Source: a virus (lineage: Duplodnaviria > Caudoviricetes). Taken from it: a stretch of 31,666 nucleotides of DNA. The stretch spans positions 1 to 31,666 of the IMG/VR virus record IMGVR_UViG_3300026125_000014; one strand, 5' to 3'. Made by a program: the position numbers and the translations under genes. Under the pieces are notes generated by a model. It worked only from the letters and a program-made list of their open reading frames with translations. It made no database searches and had not been told where the DNA came from. Each line of letters opens with the position of its first letter. Positions within the stretch are counted from its first letter, which is position 1. Of this stretch, positions 8,768 to 18,400 are shown piece after piece.

Positions 8768-11712
8768 TGCAAATTAAAAAGATGACTCAAAAGGGTGCAG
8801 ATGGTTCATCTATATCTTATGAGTTCAATGTACCTCCTATGAAGGAGATACCTAAGCCAGTAGATACAGGGCATCCAGGAGCACCTAAAGGTACAGACAC
8901 AGTGCCAGCTTGGTTAACTCCAGGTGAGTATGTTATGAATGCTGAAGCTACTCGAATGTTCAAGCCTCAGATTGAAGCTATGAATAATCATGGTAAAGCT
9001 ATTCAGAGAATGCAGGGTGGGACTGTACCTGATTATAAAGCTTGTGGTGGTAAGGTCATGTATAAAAATCAAGGAGGAGAAGTTAGCTTCTTTGATAACT
9101 TGATTAACATGATTACTGAAGATGCTAAGAAAGAAAGACCAAGAGAAGTAGAAGGTCGTATTGATCGTTCTACTCTTAGAGAACCTGAAGGTATCCCTGA
9201 ATACTATGGTCGTTCTCTTGATCTTCCTCCTGATTCTCCTATGTCACCTGAGTATCAACGTAGATCTAAAGATCCTTCCTATTGGGTAGACGATACTCTA
9301 TTAGATCAGTTAGCTTTTGTAGAATCTACTAATAACCCTAAAGCAGTATCTCCAGCAGGTGCTCAAGGTATGTATCAGTGGATGCCTCATGCAGCTAAGG
9401 ATCCTGGATATGGAGTTAAAGGTGGCTTCGATCCTTTTGACCCTGTAGCTTCTCGTCAAGCTTCTATGCAGTACTTAAGAGGTTTACAGAAGGCACATCC
9501 AGATTGGTCTCCTGAAGAAATACTTCAAGCATATAACTGGGGGATTGGTAATATGAAGAAGTATAAAGCTGGGCAGATTAAAGAGATGCCTATAGAAACT
9601 GCTGATTACGCTAAGAAGTTCTCTCCTGTTCTTTACAGGGAAGCAGGTGGTAGTGTTCCATACAAGGATATTGCTATTGAACCTACTATGCAAAGACTCA
9701 TTGAGTTACGCTCTACTCTAAGTGACCCAGAAGCTATTGCTACTGTAGATAGTCAAATGAGAGCTTTAGCTGAGTCTAATGCGCCAATACCTACTCCTGC
9801 GATTATGGATTCTTATGTAACTTCAGAAGTACCTGAGATGGGTGTTGGTCCTTATGGTGTTCCTGTATATGAACAACCAGATCCAACTAAAGCAATAGGG
9901 GATTCATTGTATCAACCTGTCGCTGATAAGATGGAAATGATTAGACAAGCACAGCAGGTAATTGATGATCCTTCTTATGACGAAGAGTCTAAAAGAAGAG
10001 CAATGGAAATCCTTAATATGCCTGTTCAGCCTAAAGGTATGGCTCAACCTGAGTATATTAATTCTGAAGAACCTACTGATGCAGGTAGTCCTTATGGTAA
10101 AGGTATGTATGAACAACCTGTACCTAAAGAACCTATTACCGAAATGGGCTCATTAAGAGGTTTACTCTCTAGTACTCAAGGTATTCCAAATCAAGAAGGT
10201 GCTTTTAATCCACCTATTCCTGAAGAACCTTCTATGGAAGGTACTGCTGGAATGTCTAGCGAAGATTGGCAACGCTATGGTGAAATGGCAGTCTCAGGTG
10301 ATCTAGATACTGCTGGAGGTTTAAATACTCCTACAAATCCTGATGGTACAATTCCTCCTTATCAAACTGATAAAGAGAAAGGTCAAGCAGAACTAGATAA
10401 GTTTATTGAAGAAAATCAAGATAGACTTTCTAATGACTTCTGGGGTACTACTGATATTAGTTCTGATAAAGTAACTCAAGCTCAAGAGATTGTAGATCAA
10501 GCAGAGGCTAATGAACCTGAAGAAGGTCGCCCTGATATGACTCCTGAGCAGATTAAAGATACTTTCAATGCTGGTAAAAAGGTAGCTACTGAAAACCCTT
10601 CAATGCTAGAAAAGATCGGTGGTTGGCTTAAGAATACTCTAGGTGATCTTTGGAATGAAGATGAATTAACTCGTATGGCTGTTCTTTATTTAGGTCAGCG
10701 TGCATTAGGTTACTCTCATATTGGTTCTTTAAGATTCTCTGCTAAGTCTTATGTTACTCGTGTAGATGCAATAGCTAAAGCTAATGCTGCTGCTAAGAAA
10801 GATTGGGCGGACAAAGCATTTGAGCTTACTAGTGAAGCTAAGTACACTCCTGAATCAATTAAAATGTTTGAACAAACAGGTGATAAATCTGTTCTTAAAC
10901 TTATTGATGAAGGTACAGACTTATCAGATATCAAAACAGATATCATGGTTAAGTCTACTATAGGTAATGAAGCTCCTCAGATTGTAGAAGTATATAGAGA
11001 TAAAACTGGACAGACTAGAGATATTAAGACTGGTCAAATCATTGATACTACTGGATTTACTAGATATGCAGGTGAGCTACATGATACTGGTGAAATTCAA
11101 AAGAATGCTTTGTCTTATTTAAATAAAACATATGAAAATGGTAATGTTATCTCAATTTCCCAGAAAGGAGATGATGGAACTACTAGTACTCGTATACAGA
11201 AAGTAAATACAGGTGCTTTAGTTAGCTCTTATGCTTCTAGACTCCGTAAGCTTTATGGTCCACGTGCAGATATCTTCCTAAATAGCCCTGAAGGTAGCCA
11301 AAGATTAATGGCGTATACTGAAGCAGCTTCTAATTACTATGATCGTAATAAGGAACCTGTAAAGAACTTTGGTGGTCTTATGGCTGCTGTAGACTCAGGT
11401 CTTTATAACATCAACGTAGGTAAATTAACTCCTGAAGGTAAGTTAGTTAGTGCAGATGCTTATGATACATTAAATAAAACCCTTAATGCTGTTGTAGCTA
11501 CTAACAATAATAACAACCCTAAGAACCCTATTACTACAGGTCAAGTAGCTAAACAAGCTCTTCAAATTATCACTGCGGATTTAGATGATCTTAATCCTCA
11601 AGATGTTAAATTTGTTGAATGGTTTAATAAGCAAAAGATTCCTGCAGGATATAGTAAAGAGTTATATTTTGTTGAACAGTATTGGACTAAGCGGTTAAAT
11701 CAAAACCAATAA
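8767..11712 (+). CDS. Internal virion protein with lytic transglycosylase (SLT) domain
   Basis: TAATG coupling, RBS GGAGG. SLT motifs 'FVES' (catalytic Glu codon 9322), 'AVSPAGAQGMYQWMP', 'QAYNWGIGN', 'ETADYAKK' at ~9290-9625. Confidence 0.85.
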   Translation: MQIKKMTQKGADGSSISYEFNVPPMKEIPKPVDTGHPGAPKGTDTVPAWLTPGEYVMNAEATRMFKPQIEAMNNHGKAIQRMQGGTVPDYKACGGKVMYKNQGGEVSFFDNLINMITEDAKKERPREVEGRIDRSTLREPEGIPEYYGRSLDLPPDSPMSPEYQRRSKDPSYWVDDTLLDQLAFVESTNNPKAVSPAGAQGMYQWMPHAAKDPGYGVKGGFDPFDPVASRQASMQYLRGLQKAHPDWSPEEILQAYNWGIGNMKKYKAGQIKEMPIETADYAKKFSPVLYREAGGSVPYKDIAIEPTMQRLIELRSTLSDPEAIATVDSQMRALAESNAPIPTPAIMDSYVTSEVPEMGVGPYGVPVYEQPDPTKAIGDSLYQPVADKMEMIRQAQQVIDDPSYDEESKRRAMEILNMPVQPKGMAQPEYINSEEPTDAGSPYGKGMYEQPVPKEPITEMGSLRGLLSSTQGIPNQEGAFNPPIPEEPSMEGTAGMSSEDWQRYGEMAVSGDLDTAGGLNTPTNPDGTIPPYQTDKEKGQAELDKFIEENQDRLSNDFWGTTDISSDKVTQAQEIVDQAEANEPEEGRPDMTPEQIKDTFNAGKKVATENPSMLEKIGGWLKNTLGDLWNEDELTRMAVLYLGQRALGYSHIGSLRFSAKSYVTRVDAIAKANAAAKKDWADKAFELTSEAKYTPESIKMFEQTGDKSVLKLIDEGTDLSDIKTDIMVKSTIGNEAPQIVEVYRDKTGQTRDIKTGQIIDTTGFTRYAGELHDTGEIQKNALSYLNKTYENGNVISISQKGDDGTTSTRIQKVNTGALVSSYASRLRKLYGPRADIFLNSPEGSQRLMAYTEAASNYYDRNKEPVKNFGGLMAAVDSGLYNINVGKLTPEGKLVSADAYDTLNKTLNAVVATNNNNNPKNPITTGQVAKQALQIITADLDDLNPQDVKFVEWFNKQKIPAGYSKELYFVEQYWTKRLNQNQ

Positions 11713-11727
11713 TAGATAGGAGCATCT

Positions 11728-14700
11728 ATGGAAGACTTTAAAGGTACTTTACCTGAGCATCCTTTTGAGCCAGCGACAAGAGTTAAACTTGAAGAGCAAG
11801 ATATGCGCTTGTATGATGCTGATACTTTAATTAAAGATACAGGTCAAAGTTATCGTATCCTTGGCTTAGATGCTCCTGAGATGCCTTCAGTTAAACCTAT
11901 GGAAGGGTATACTGAAGGATTATTCGCTGATGAATATCGTGATGAGACTAAGAAGTACATTGAGGAAAAAGGATTTGATCAAGTAAAACCTATTGATGAG
12001 AAGGATGTTTATGGGCGTGATCTTGTTCGTTTAGAGAATGAGATTGGACAAGACTTAGCATATGAAAGTATCCGTGAAGGTATCTTTGAGCCTAGTCGTT
12101 ATAACTTAAATGATCCTTCTCAACAAGAGGCTTGGACATCAACTCGTTTTGATGCATTGATAGGAGCACAACAAGACTTACCTCCTTGGAAACAAATGGA
12201 GAACACTATATACCAGAACTCTGTTCCAAGGTTAGGTGAGCTTACTTGGCAAGAACAAAGAAGACTACCTAGTTCTCTTACTCCAGTTAACAAAGCTATT
12301 GATAAGTCCTTTGGTGGACAAGCAGTAGATGCTGTTGAAATGTGGTGGTATCAGAACATAGGAGCTTGGGAAGGTATTAAAGCCTTAGCAGGAAGTGAAG
12401 AAGGCTTTCAAGGGATGAAAGATATTCAGGCAACTATCCAACAAGAGATAGACCCTGGAACTATTATGTCTTTATCTCAGATCAATGATACTTCTGATGC
12501 TCTTGCTTTTATTCAGAATAACTTAATCATGCATGGTCCAGACTTTGCTGTCCTATATGGAAGTGGTAAAGCAGGTGCTATGGCAGGTACAGCTGTAGCT
12601 GGTCCTGTAGGGGGTGCTATAGGGGGTATCTTAGGTGGCTTTGCTGGTTTAGGTTATATGTTCTTAAAGACTACAGGTAACGTAGCTCAAGAACAATTTG
12701 AAGTTACTGGTGATGTAGACTTACCTCAAGCAGTCACTTTAGGGGTAGCTATTACAGCTATCGATAAACTAGGTGCTACTGCTGTTATTAAGCCTACTGA
12801 TCTTTTAACTAAGAAAGGTTTAGCTAATGCTGTTACTCAGTACAAAGGTCTTCAAGCTAGTAAAGGTATTACATTAACTACTTCTCAAGCGAGAGAAGCT
12901 ATAGAAAAAGTAGTTGCAAGTGATATCAATAAGTTAGCTACAGACTTTACTTTAAGGGCAACTGATTATCTTACTAAACGACAAATAGCTATAGGTACAG
13001 CTTTACGTATCTCTAGAAATGCAGGTAAAGAAGCTGCTACAGAAGCCACTCAGGAAGCTATTCAATACTTAGGTATTAATGGTATGCCTGAGACTGCTGA
13101 ACAATGGGAACGCTTTGGCTTACGTTTAGCTGATGCCGCTGCTGCTGGTGGTGTAGTTGGTACTGGGTTTAACATCCCTAACTCTTTACTTGAAAGAAAT
13201 AGAATAGAAAATAATAGAGATCAAGTAACAGAGTATGATCCTGAGAAATCTAATTTAACAGAAAAGTTAAGTGTAGAGTTTAATGCTCAGAATAAATATA
13301 GGACTATTGAAGAGACTATTCAGGACTATAAAGGTCCAGCTAAAACAGATATCAATGAAAGAGCCGAAAGACATAACAAAGGTTATGGTAGAAGAGCTTT
13401 AGATAAATTGTTAGCAGGTAATTATATCCCTGGACTTAGTGCTGTTAAGAATGCTGTAAGACCATTTCTAATAAATAAAACAGGTCAAGCAAATAAAGCA
13501 GCAGTACTCTTAGCTAACATTCAAGGTGCATACCAGACAATGCCCGGAAATACTTTGTTTAACCAAGAGCAAACTCGTATAGCTAATATTATACAAGATC
13601 ATCCTTGGTTATCTAGTACTGACATTGAGTTTGGTTTGGATGTTCAACAGACAAGTGATCTAATTGATGAGTTAGCAGAAGTTCGTTTTCAAGTAAATCA
13701 ACTTGCACCTGAGAAACAACAAGCTGCTCAAGCTATTAAAGACAGCTTAGATACTCTTCATAATGAGATTGTCTCTGAGATGATGAAAGCAGGTTATGGC
13801 TTAGATGACTTCAAGGTTAACTTAATTAGAAATGATCCTTATTACTTGTTAACTAAAGGATTACCTGATACTCATAAGATATTCAATAACTCTCAAAGAT
13901 TTATGGATCTTCTTTCTAATCATGTTCTTCCTAATGATTATGGTAGAAAGAAAGCTGGAGAGAAAGTTGGAGAAGAATACGCTCATGAAGTATTAAGTAG
14001 AATCTTTAGTAACCAAGCACATAGCCAAAGAACAGTAGTTAATGAGCTTAATGCTATGGGTGCTAAGGATGCTATTAAAGAGTTCTTTCCTGACAATACA
14101 TATGAGAATATCAGAAACAAAGCTATCGGAGAACTCACCAAATATACTCGTATACAGTACTTAGGTGAGAACAACGAAGTTATATCTAATATCATTGATG
14201 AGTTAGAAGAAACTAAAGCTATAACACCTGAACAAGCAGATGCTCTTGCAGCTGATATGGTAGACCAGCTTAAGAAGCATACTAGAGAGTTTGGACGTTT
14301 ACGTAATGAAACATTTGCTAACATCCAAGACATTGCTCGTGTTATGACTTCATTAGGCTTAATGGACAACGTATTGTTTGCTCAGATGGCAGAATCAGTG
14401 TTTGCTTTTTCTAGTACTAATAAAGGTTTAGCTAAGAATGTTGGTACTTTAGCTCATAATTTTGTTAAAGCATTTAAACATACTATTCCTTCTATTAAAA
14501 AGAAAAGAGCTATATCAGGTGAATCTGAAATCTATAAGAGACTAGGTTACCATTCAGACGAACTGTTACAACAACAGGGCGCTGATATGAACAATAAGTT
14601 ACTCTTAGAGATACAGAAATACTTCTATAAGCTTAACTTACTAGAACCAGCTACAGATGCTATTCGTATGTCTCGAATGGTATTAGCCTTAGACTCTATT

Positions 14701-15492
14701 AGTCAAATGGTTGAACAACTTATTGATGTTGATTTGTCTAATATGAACAGACAGCAAGCTAAGTTGTATGAAAGGTTATCTCATTATGGTGCTGATGTAC
14801 CTAAGTTAACTAAGATCTATAAGAGATTTAGAACACTTAGTTATGATGATATTGATAAGATAGCTAAGACTGACGACAAAGTAGCTGTAGAACTTAAAGA
14901 AGCTTGGGATGTTATGCTACCTAAGTTTATTGATGAGTTCACTGTTAGGATTAAGCCAGGATCTAGACCGTCTATCTTTGAAGATCAACGTTATGGTTTA
15001 CCTTTCTTAACCCAATACTTATCTTTTACAGCTCATTTCCATTCTAACATTTTACCTAGGTTATACACTACTTATCTTAAAGATGCTACAGCACCAGTTG
15101 CTTTCTCTACATTTAAGATAATGATGTCAGCTATTGTAGTTGCTTACATATCACAGTACTTAAAAGATCTTTTACTCAGAGGTGAACTCAATGAGAACCT
15201 TGAAGAAGACTATGGTGCTATGCAGAGAGCAATCAACTACTCAGGTCAGTTAGGTTGGGCTCAAGAGATTATAGATAACGTTGTAGGTAATCCTTATGGT
15301 TTTAAATCAGAAGGTTTATTAGATTACATTTCAGGTTACCCTGTTTATGGTCATACTAGTAAAGTATTAGGTGATCTAGCTGAAGGTGATTTTGCAAGTG
15401 CAGCTCAAAGAGCAATACCATTTGCAGATTATACTAAAGAAACTGCAGCCCCAACAAGGCTGATTAACTTCATTATTGGAGAAAACGAATAA
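11728..15492 (+). CDS. Large internal virion/ejection protein with N-terminal SNase (thermonuclease)-like domain
   Basis: 1254 aa, RBS AGGAG. 'YDADT...YRILGLDAPE...DVYGRDL...AYESIREG' in first ~120 aa; Gly/Ala hydrophobic segment at ~12574-12666; remainder looks helical. Confidence 0.75.
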   Translation: MEDFKGTLPEHPFEPATRVKLEEQDMRLYDADTLIKDTGQSYRILGLDAPEMPSVKPMEGYTEGLFADEYRDETKKYIEEKGFDQVKPIDEKDVYGRDLVRLENEIGQDLAYESIREGIFEPSRYNLNDPSQQEAWTSTRFDALIGAQQDLPPWKQMENTIYQNSVPRLGELTWQEQRRLPSSLTPVNKAIDKSFGGQAVDAVEMWWYQNIGAWEGIKALAGSEEGFQGMKDIQATIQQEIDPGTIMSLSQINDTSDALAFIQNNLIMHGPDFAVLYGSGKAGAMAGTAVAGPVGGAIGGILGGFAGLGYMFLKTTGNVAQEQFEVTGDVDLPQAVTLGVAITAIDKLGATAVIKPTDLLTKKGLANAVTQYKGLQASKGITLTTSQAREAIEKVVASDINKLATDFTLRATDYLTKRQIAIGTALRISRNAGKEAATEATQEAIQYLGINGMPETAEQWERFGLRLADAAAAGGVVGTGFNIPNSLLERNRIENNRDQVTEYDPEKSNLTEKLSVEFNAQNKYRTIEETIQDYKGPAKTDINERAERHNKGYGRRALDKLLAGNYIPGLSAVKNAVRPFLINKTGQANKAAVLLANIQGAYQTMPGNTLFNQEQTRIANIIQDHPWLSSTDIEFGLDVQQTSDLIDELAEVRFQVNQLAPEKQQAAQAIKDSLDTLHNEIVSEMMKAGYGLDDFKVNLIRNDPYYLLTKGLPDTHKIFNNSQRFMDLLSNHVLPNDYGRKKAGEKVGEEYAHEVLSRIFSNQAHSQRTVVNELNAMGAKDAIKEFFPDNTYENIRNKAIGELTKYTRIQYLGENNEVISNIIDELEETKAITPEQADALAADMVDQLKKHTREFGRLRNETFANIQDIARVMTSLGLMDNVLFAQMAESVFAFSSTNKGLAKNVGTLAHNFVKAFKHTIPSIKKKRAISGESEIYKRLGYHSDELLQQQGADMNNKLLLEIQKYFYKLNLLEPATDAIRMSRMVLALDSISQMVEQLIDVDLSNMNRQQAKLYERLSHYGADVPKLTKIYKRFRTLSYDDIDKIAKTDDKVAVELKEAWDVMLPKFIDEFTVRIKPGSRPSIFEDQRYGLPFLTQYLSFTAHFHSNILPRLYTTYLKDATAPVAFSTFKIMMSAIVVAYISQYLKDLLLRGELNENLEEDYGAMQRAINYSGQLGWAQEIIDNVVGNPYGFKSEGLLDYISGYPVYGHTSKVLGDLAEGDFASAAQRAIPFADYTKETAAPTRLINFIIGENE

Positions 15493-18400
15493 TGGCAATG
15501 CCTCCTAAAATATCAAGAGCAGGTACTCTAAGCCCATCTCAAAAGACAACAGCTTTCCGTGATGAAGTTGCTGTTCCTGTAATTGCTCAGGAGGAGGGCG
15601 CTAATGTCCTCCCTTCTGAACAACTAGGTACTTCATTAGTACCTCAAGTACAGGCTGAGGGTGTACAGTATGTTCCACAGATGCCTACATTGGAAGAAGA
15701 AGAGAGTTCTATAGAGCTTCCTACAGTAGCAGAGATGCCTGTCTTAGAACAGCAAGAGCTTTTGGATATCCAACAAGCAAGACAAGAGTTTACTCAACCA
15801 GTCCCTCTTCAAGACTTAGTCTCAAGAGAAGGTGCTATTGCAACTACTGATAATATCAATAAAAGATTAGAAGATATTTACAATGCAGTAGAAAGTAATC
15901 AAGCAGTCAAAAAGGGTGATATCGAAGAAAACTCAATGACTGTTGAGAATAAACTACGAGAGGTAAACAAAGGTCAGATTAGTGATTTGTTTCAGAGAAG
16001 CAATTCTTTAGCTGAAGACTTTAATAACCCTCAAAACATTGTAATGACTAACCCTAACACTAAAGAAGAAGTAGATGCTTTTAGTTTACTTAAAGTAGTT
16101 ATGGGCCAGAATGTAGATACTGAAACACAATCATTATCTCTTCTTGTTTCTATGTTCCAAGAAGTTTCTGATATCAATGCTATGCGACTTATGAATCAAG
16201 ATAAGTCTGCTGCTGTTACAGATGCATATGATCTAGAAAGTACAGTACAAGCTAATCGATATGACATTGATGAAGAAACTCAAGTTGCAGGTAACTTAGA
16301 AGGTACTGATATAGGTGCTATCAAGAGTCAAGTTAACCCTGATGATTCTAATAGTTACGATATTGATCAGTATAAGTTCATTAACAATACTGCTAGACGC
16401 CTTGTTCAAAGAGCAAAAGAAATGCTTGGTGGTCAAGCAGTTGAAATGGATGAGAACGATAGCAATGATGTTGAATTAGGTGAGTACTTACTTCAAAGAG
16501 CTATTGATGACGGTGAGATAGGTATTTATAGCTTCACTGATCCTCGTTCTAAAAAGAAATACTTCTATCCACAGGTAATGCCTAAGGGTGAAACCTTTGC
16601 TAAGACAACTCAAGATATAGCTGTAGCTTCTAATCCTTCAAACGACCTAATTAACATTAGTAGAACAGTTCCAACTAACCATCAAGGTAAACTTGGTGAT
16701 ATGAAGTTTGATGCTAAGAAAGGAACTGTTTTAAAAGCAGATGGTACTGAGATATCTCCTTCTGAAGCTGTATTGTCTCTTAATGGAGGTGTTGGTCGAG
16801 TAGTAGATGAAGACATTCTTACTATTGTAGAACAACTGTATTCTATGGGTGATGGTAAGTATTTTAAGAATGATGATGCTAGCTATAAAGAAACTTTTAA
16901 TGAAGCACTAATTAAAGCTAGAGCTAAGTATACTAACTTAGGTGTTGAACCAGAAAGAGCTGAGCGTAGAGCTAATGCCGATGCTAAACGTACTGCTGAC
17001 TTAGCCCGTAAGACTAAAGATCAGAAGACAAAGAATGATCTTATGCTTATGAAACAACGTCTACAAGATGTTGATGGGAATGGAGAGCAGTTAATTAAGT
17101 TTGCTGAGTGGGGTGTCTCTCAGATAAACAATCGTATCCAAGAAGTTTCTCGTGATATGCAGTCTGATTCTAAAGCGGTTATTAGGGCAGTAGATAACTT
17201 TGCAGAAAAGGCTTATGTTAAAGTTAAACCTAGAAATCAAGGAGAAAGCCGTAAACAAGCTAATCTCCTAAAAGAAATCTTAATGCTATCTAAGAGCCAG
17301 ATGCGTAATGGTGAGAAAGCTTTAGAAAGGTTTAATAGTCTTGATGAAGGTACTAAGAACGAAATGGCTATGAAAGCTATGTGGGCTGGTACTTTTATTA
17401 AACTAGAAGGTGCTACTGCTCCTGAGTATGAATACACTAATACTTCGGGTAAGATGAAACCTAATACTAAGCGTATGAATCCAGCTCAATTGCTAGAGTA
17501 TTACTCTCAGAATGAAGAGACTATTATCAAAACATTAGCTAGCTATGGTCGTCAAGTTAAAGGTTGGGTAAAGAATCCTCAGTCTATTCCTACACCTGAA
17601 AATAGACAAGGATGGCAGCAAGAAGTATTAAAGCGAGGGGAATTAGGTTACTTTGTTTCTAACTTAATAGATGCTTCTAACTATGCTTCAAGTCCTGTAG
17701 GTACTAACCTAAGACTTAAAGGTATGTATGAGATAGATGCTAACAACTCTAACGTAGCTATACAGACTCTTAAGACAGGTAATATTATCAATGCTGCTAC
17801 ACTAGGCTTTATCGTAGATCCTCAAGACCCTGATGCTTGGTATGACACTATGAAGAATCCAGATAGTTTCTATACTATTCTATCTGAGAATCTTGGTAAT
17901 GTTATTCAAAGAAGCTTTAATGATACTGATAAACAAGAAGCACTCTCTAACTTTGTTAATGCATTAATTAATAAAGGTAAAGGTAAAGATCTTACTCGTG
18001 ACTCAGTTGTAGCTGGTTTCTATGGATTACACCCTAATGTAAACATTGGTTCTATCCGTAGTATCTTAACTCAGTTTGCTAAAGAAGCTCAGACTCATTT
18101 AGTAGAGAATGGTCCATACAAAAATGCTATGGGTTCTGATCTGATGAATGATTTACTTGCAATGCAGGGAGCTAACTATAACCAGATCCTTCAGAACATT
18201 TCTATCTCTAAGACTGTTAAACAGATTGGTTCTATTATTTCTTTGATTGGAGATTATGATCCAGCTATTAAGACAGATCTAGGTGATATTATTAAATCAC
18301 ATGTAGGAGAGCTTATGCCCGAATACATGCAAGATATGGTAATGGAAGAAGTGTCAGGAGGTAGACTATTAGCTAGAAAACCTTTAGAAACATTTGTAGA

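Noticed and set aside
475-17437. Short antisense or alternative-frame ORFs within the + operon (e.g. 475-690, 4442-4792, 4970-5272, 7249-7494, 13983-14369, 17237-17437)
   Set aside because: Nested in long, well-supported genes, no recognisable motifs; shadow ORFs from codon bias and repeats.
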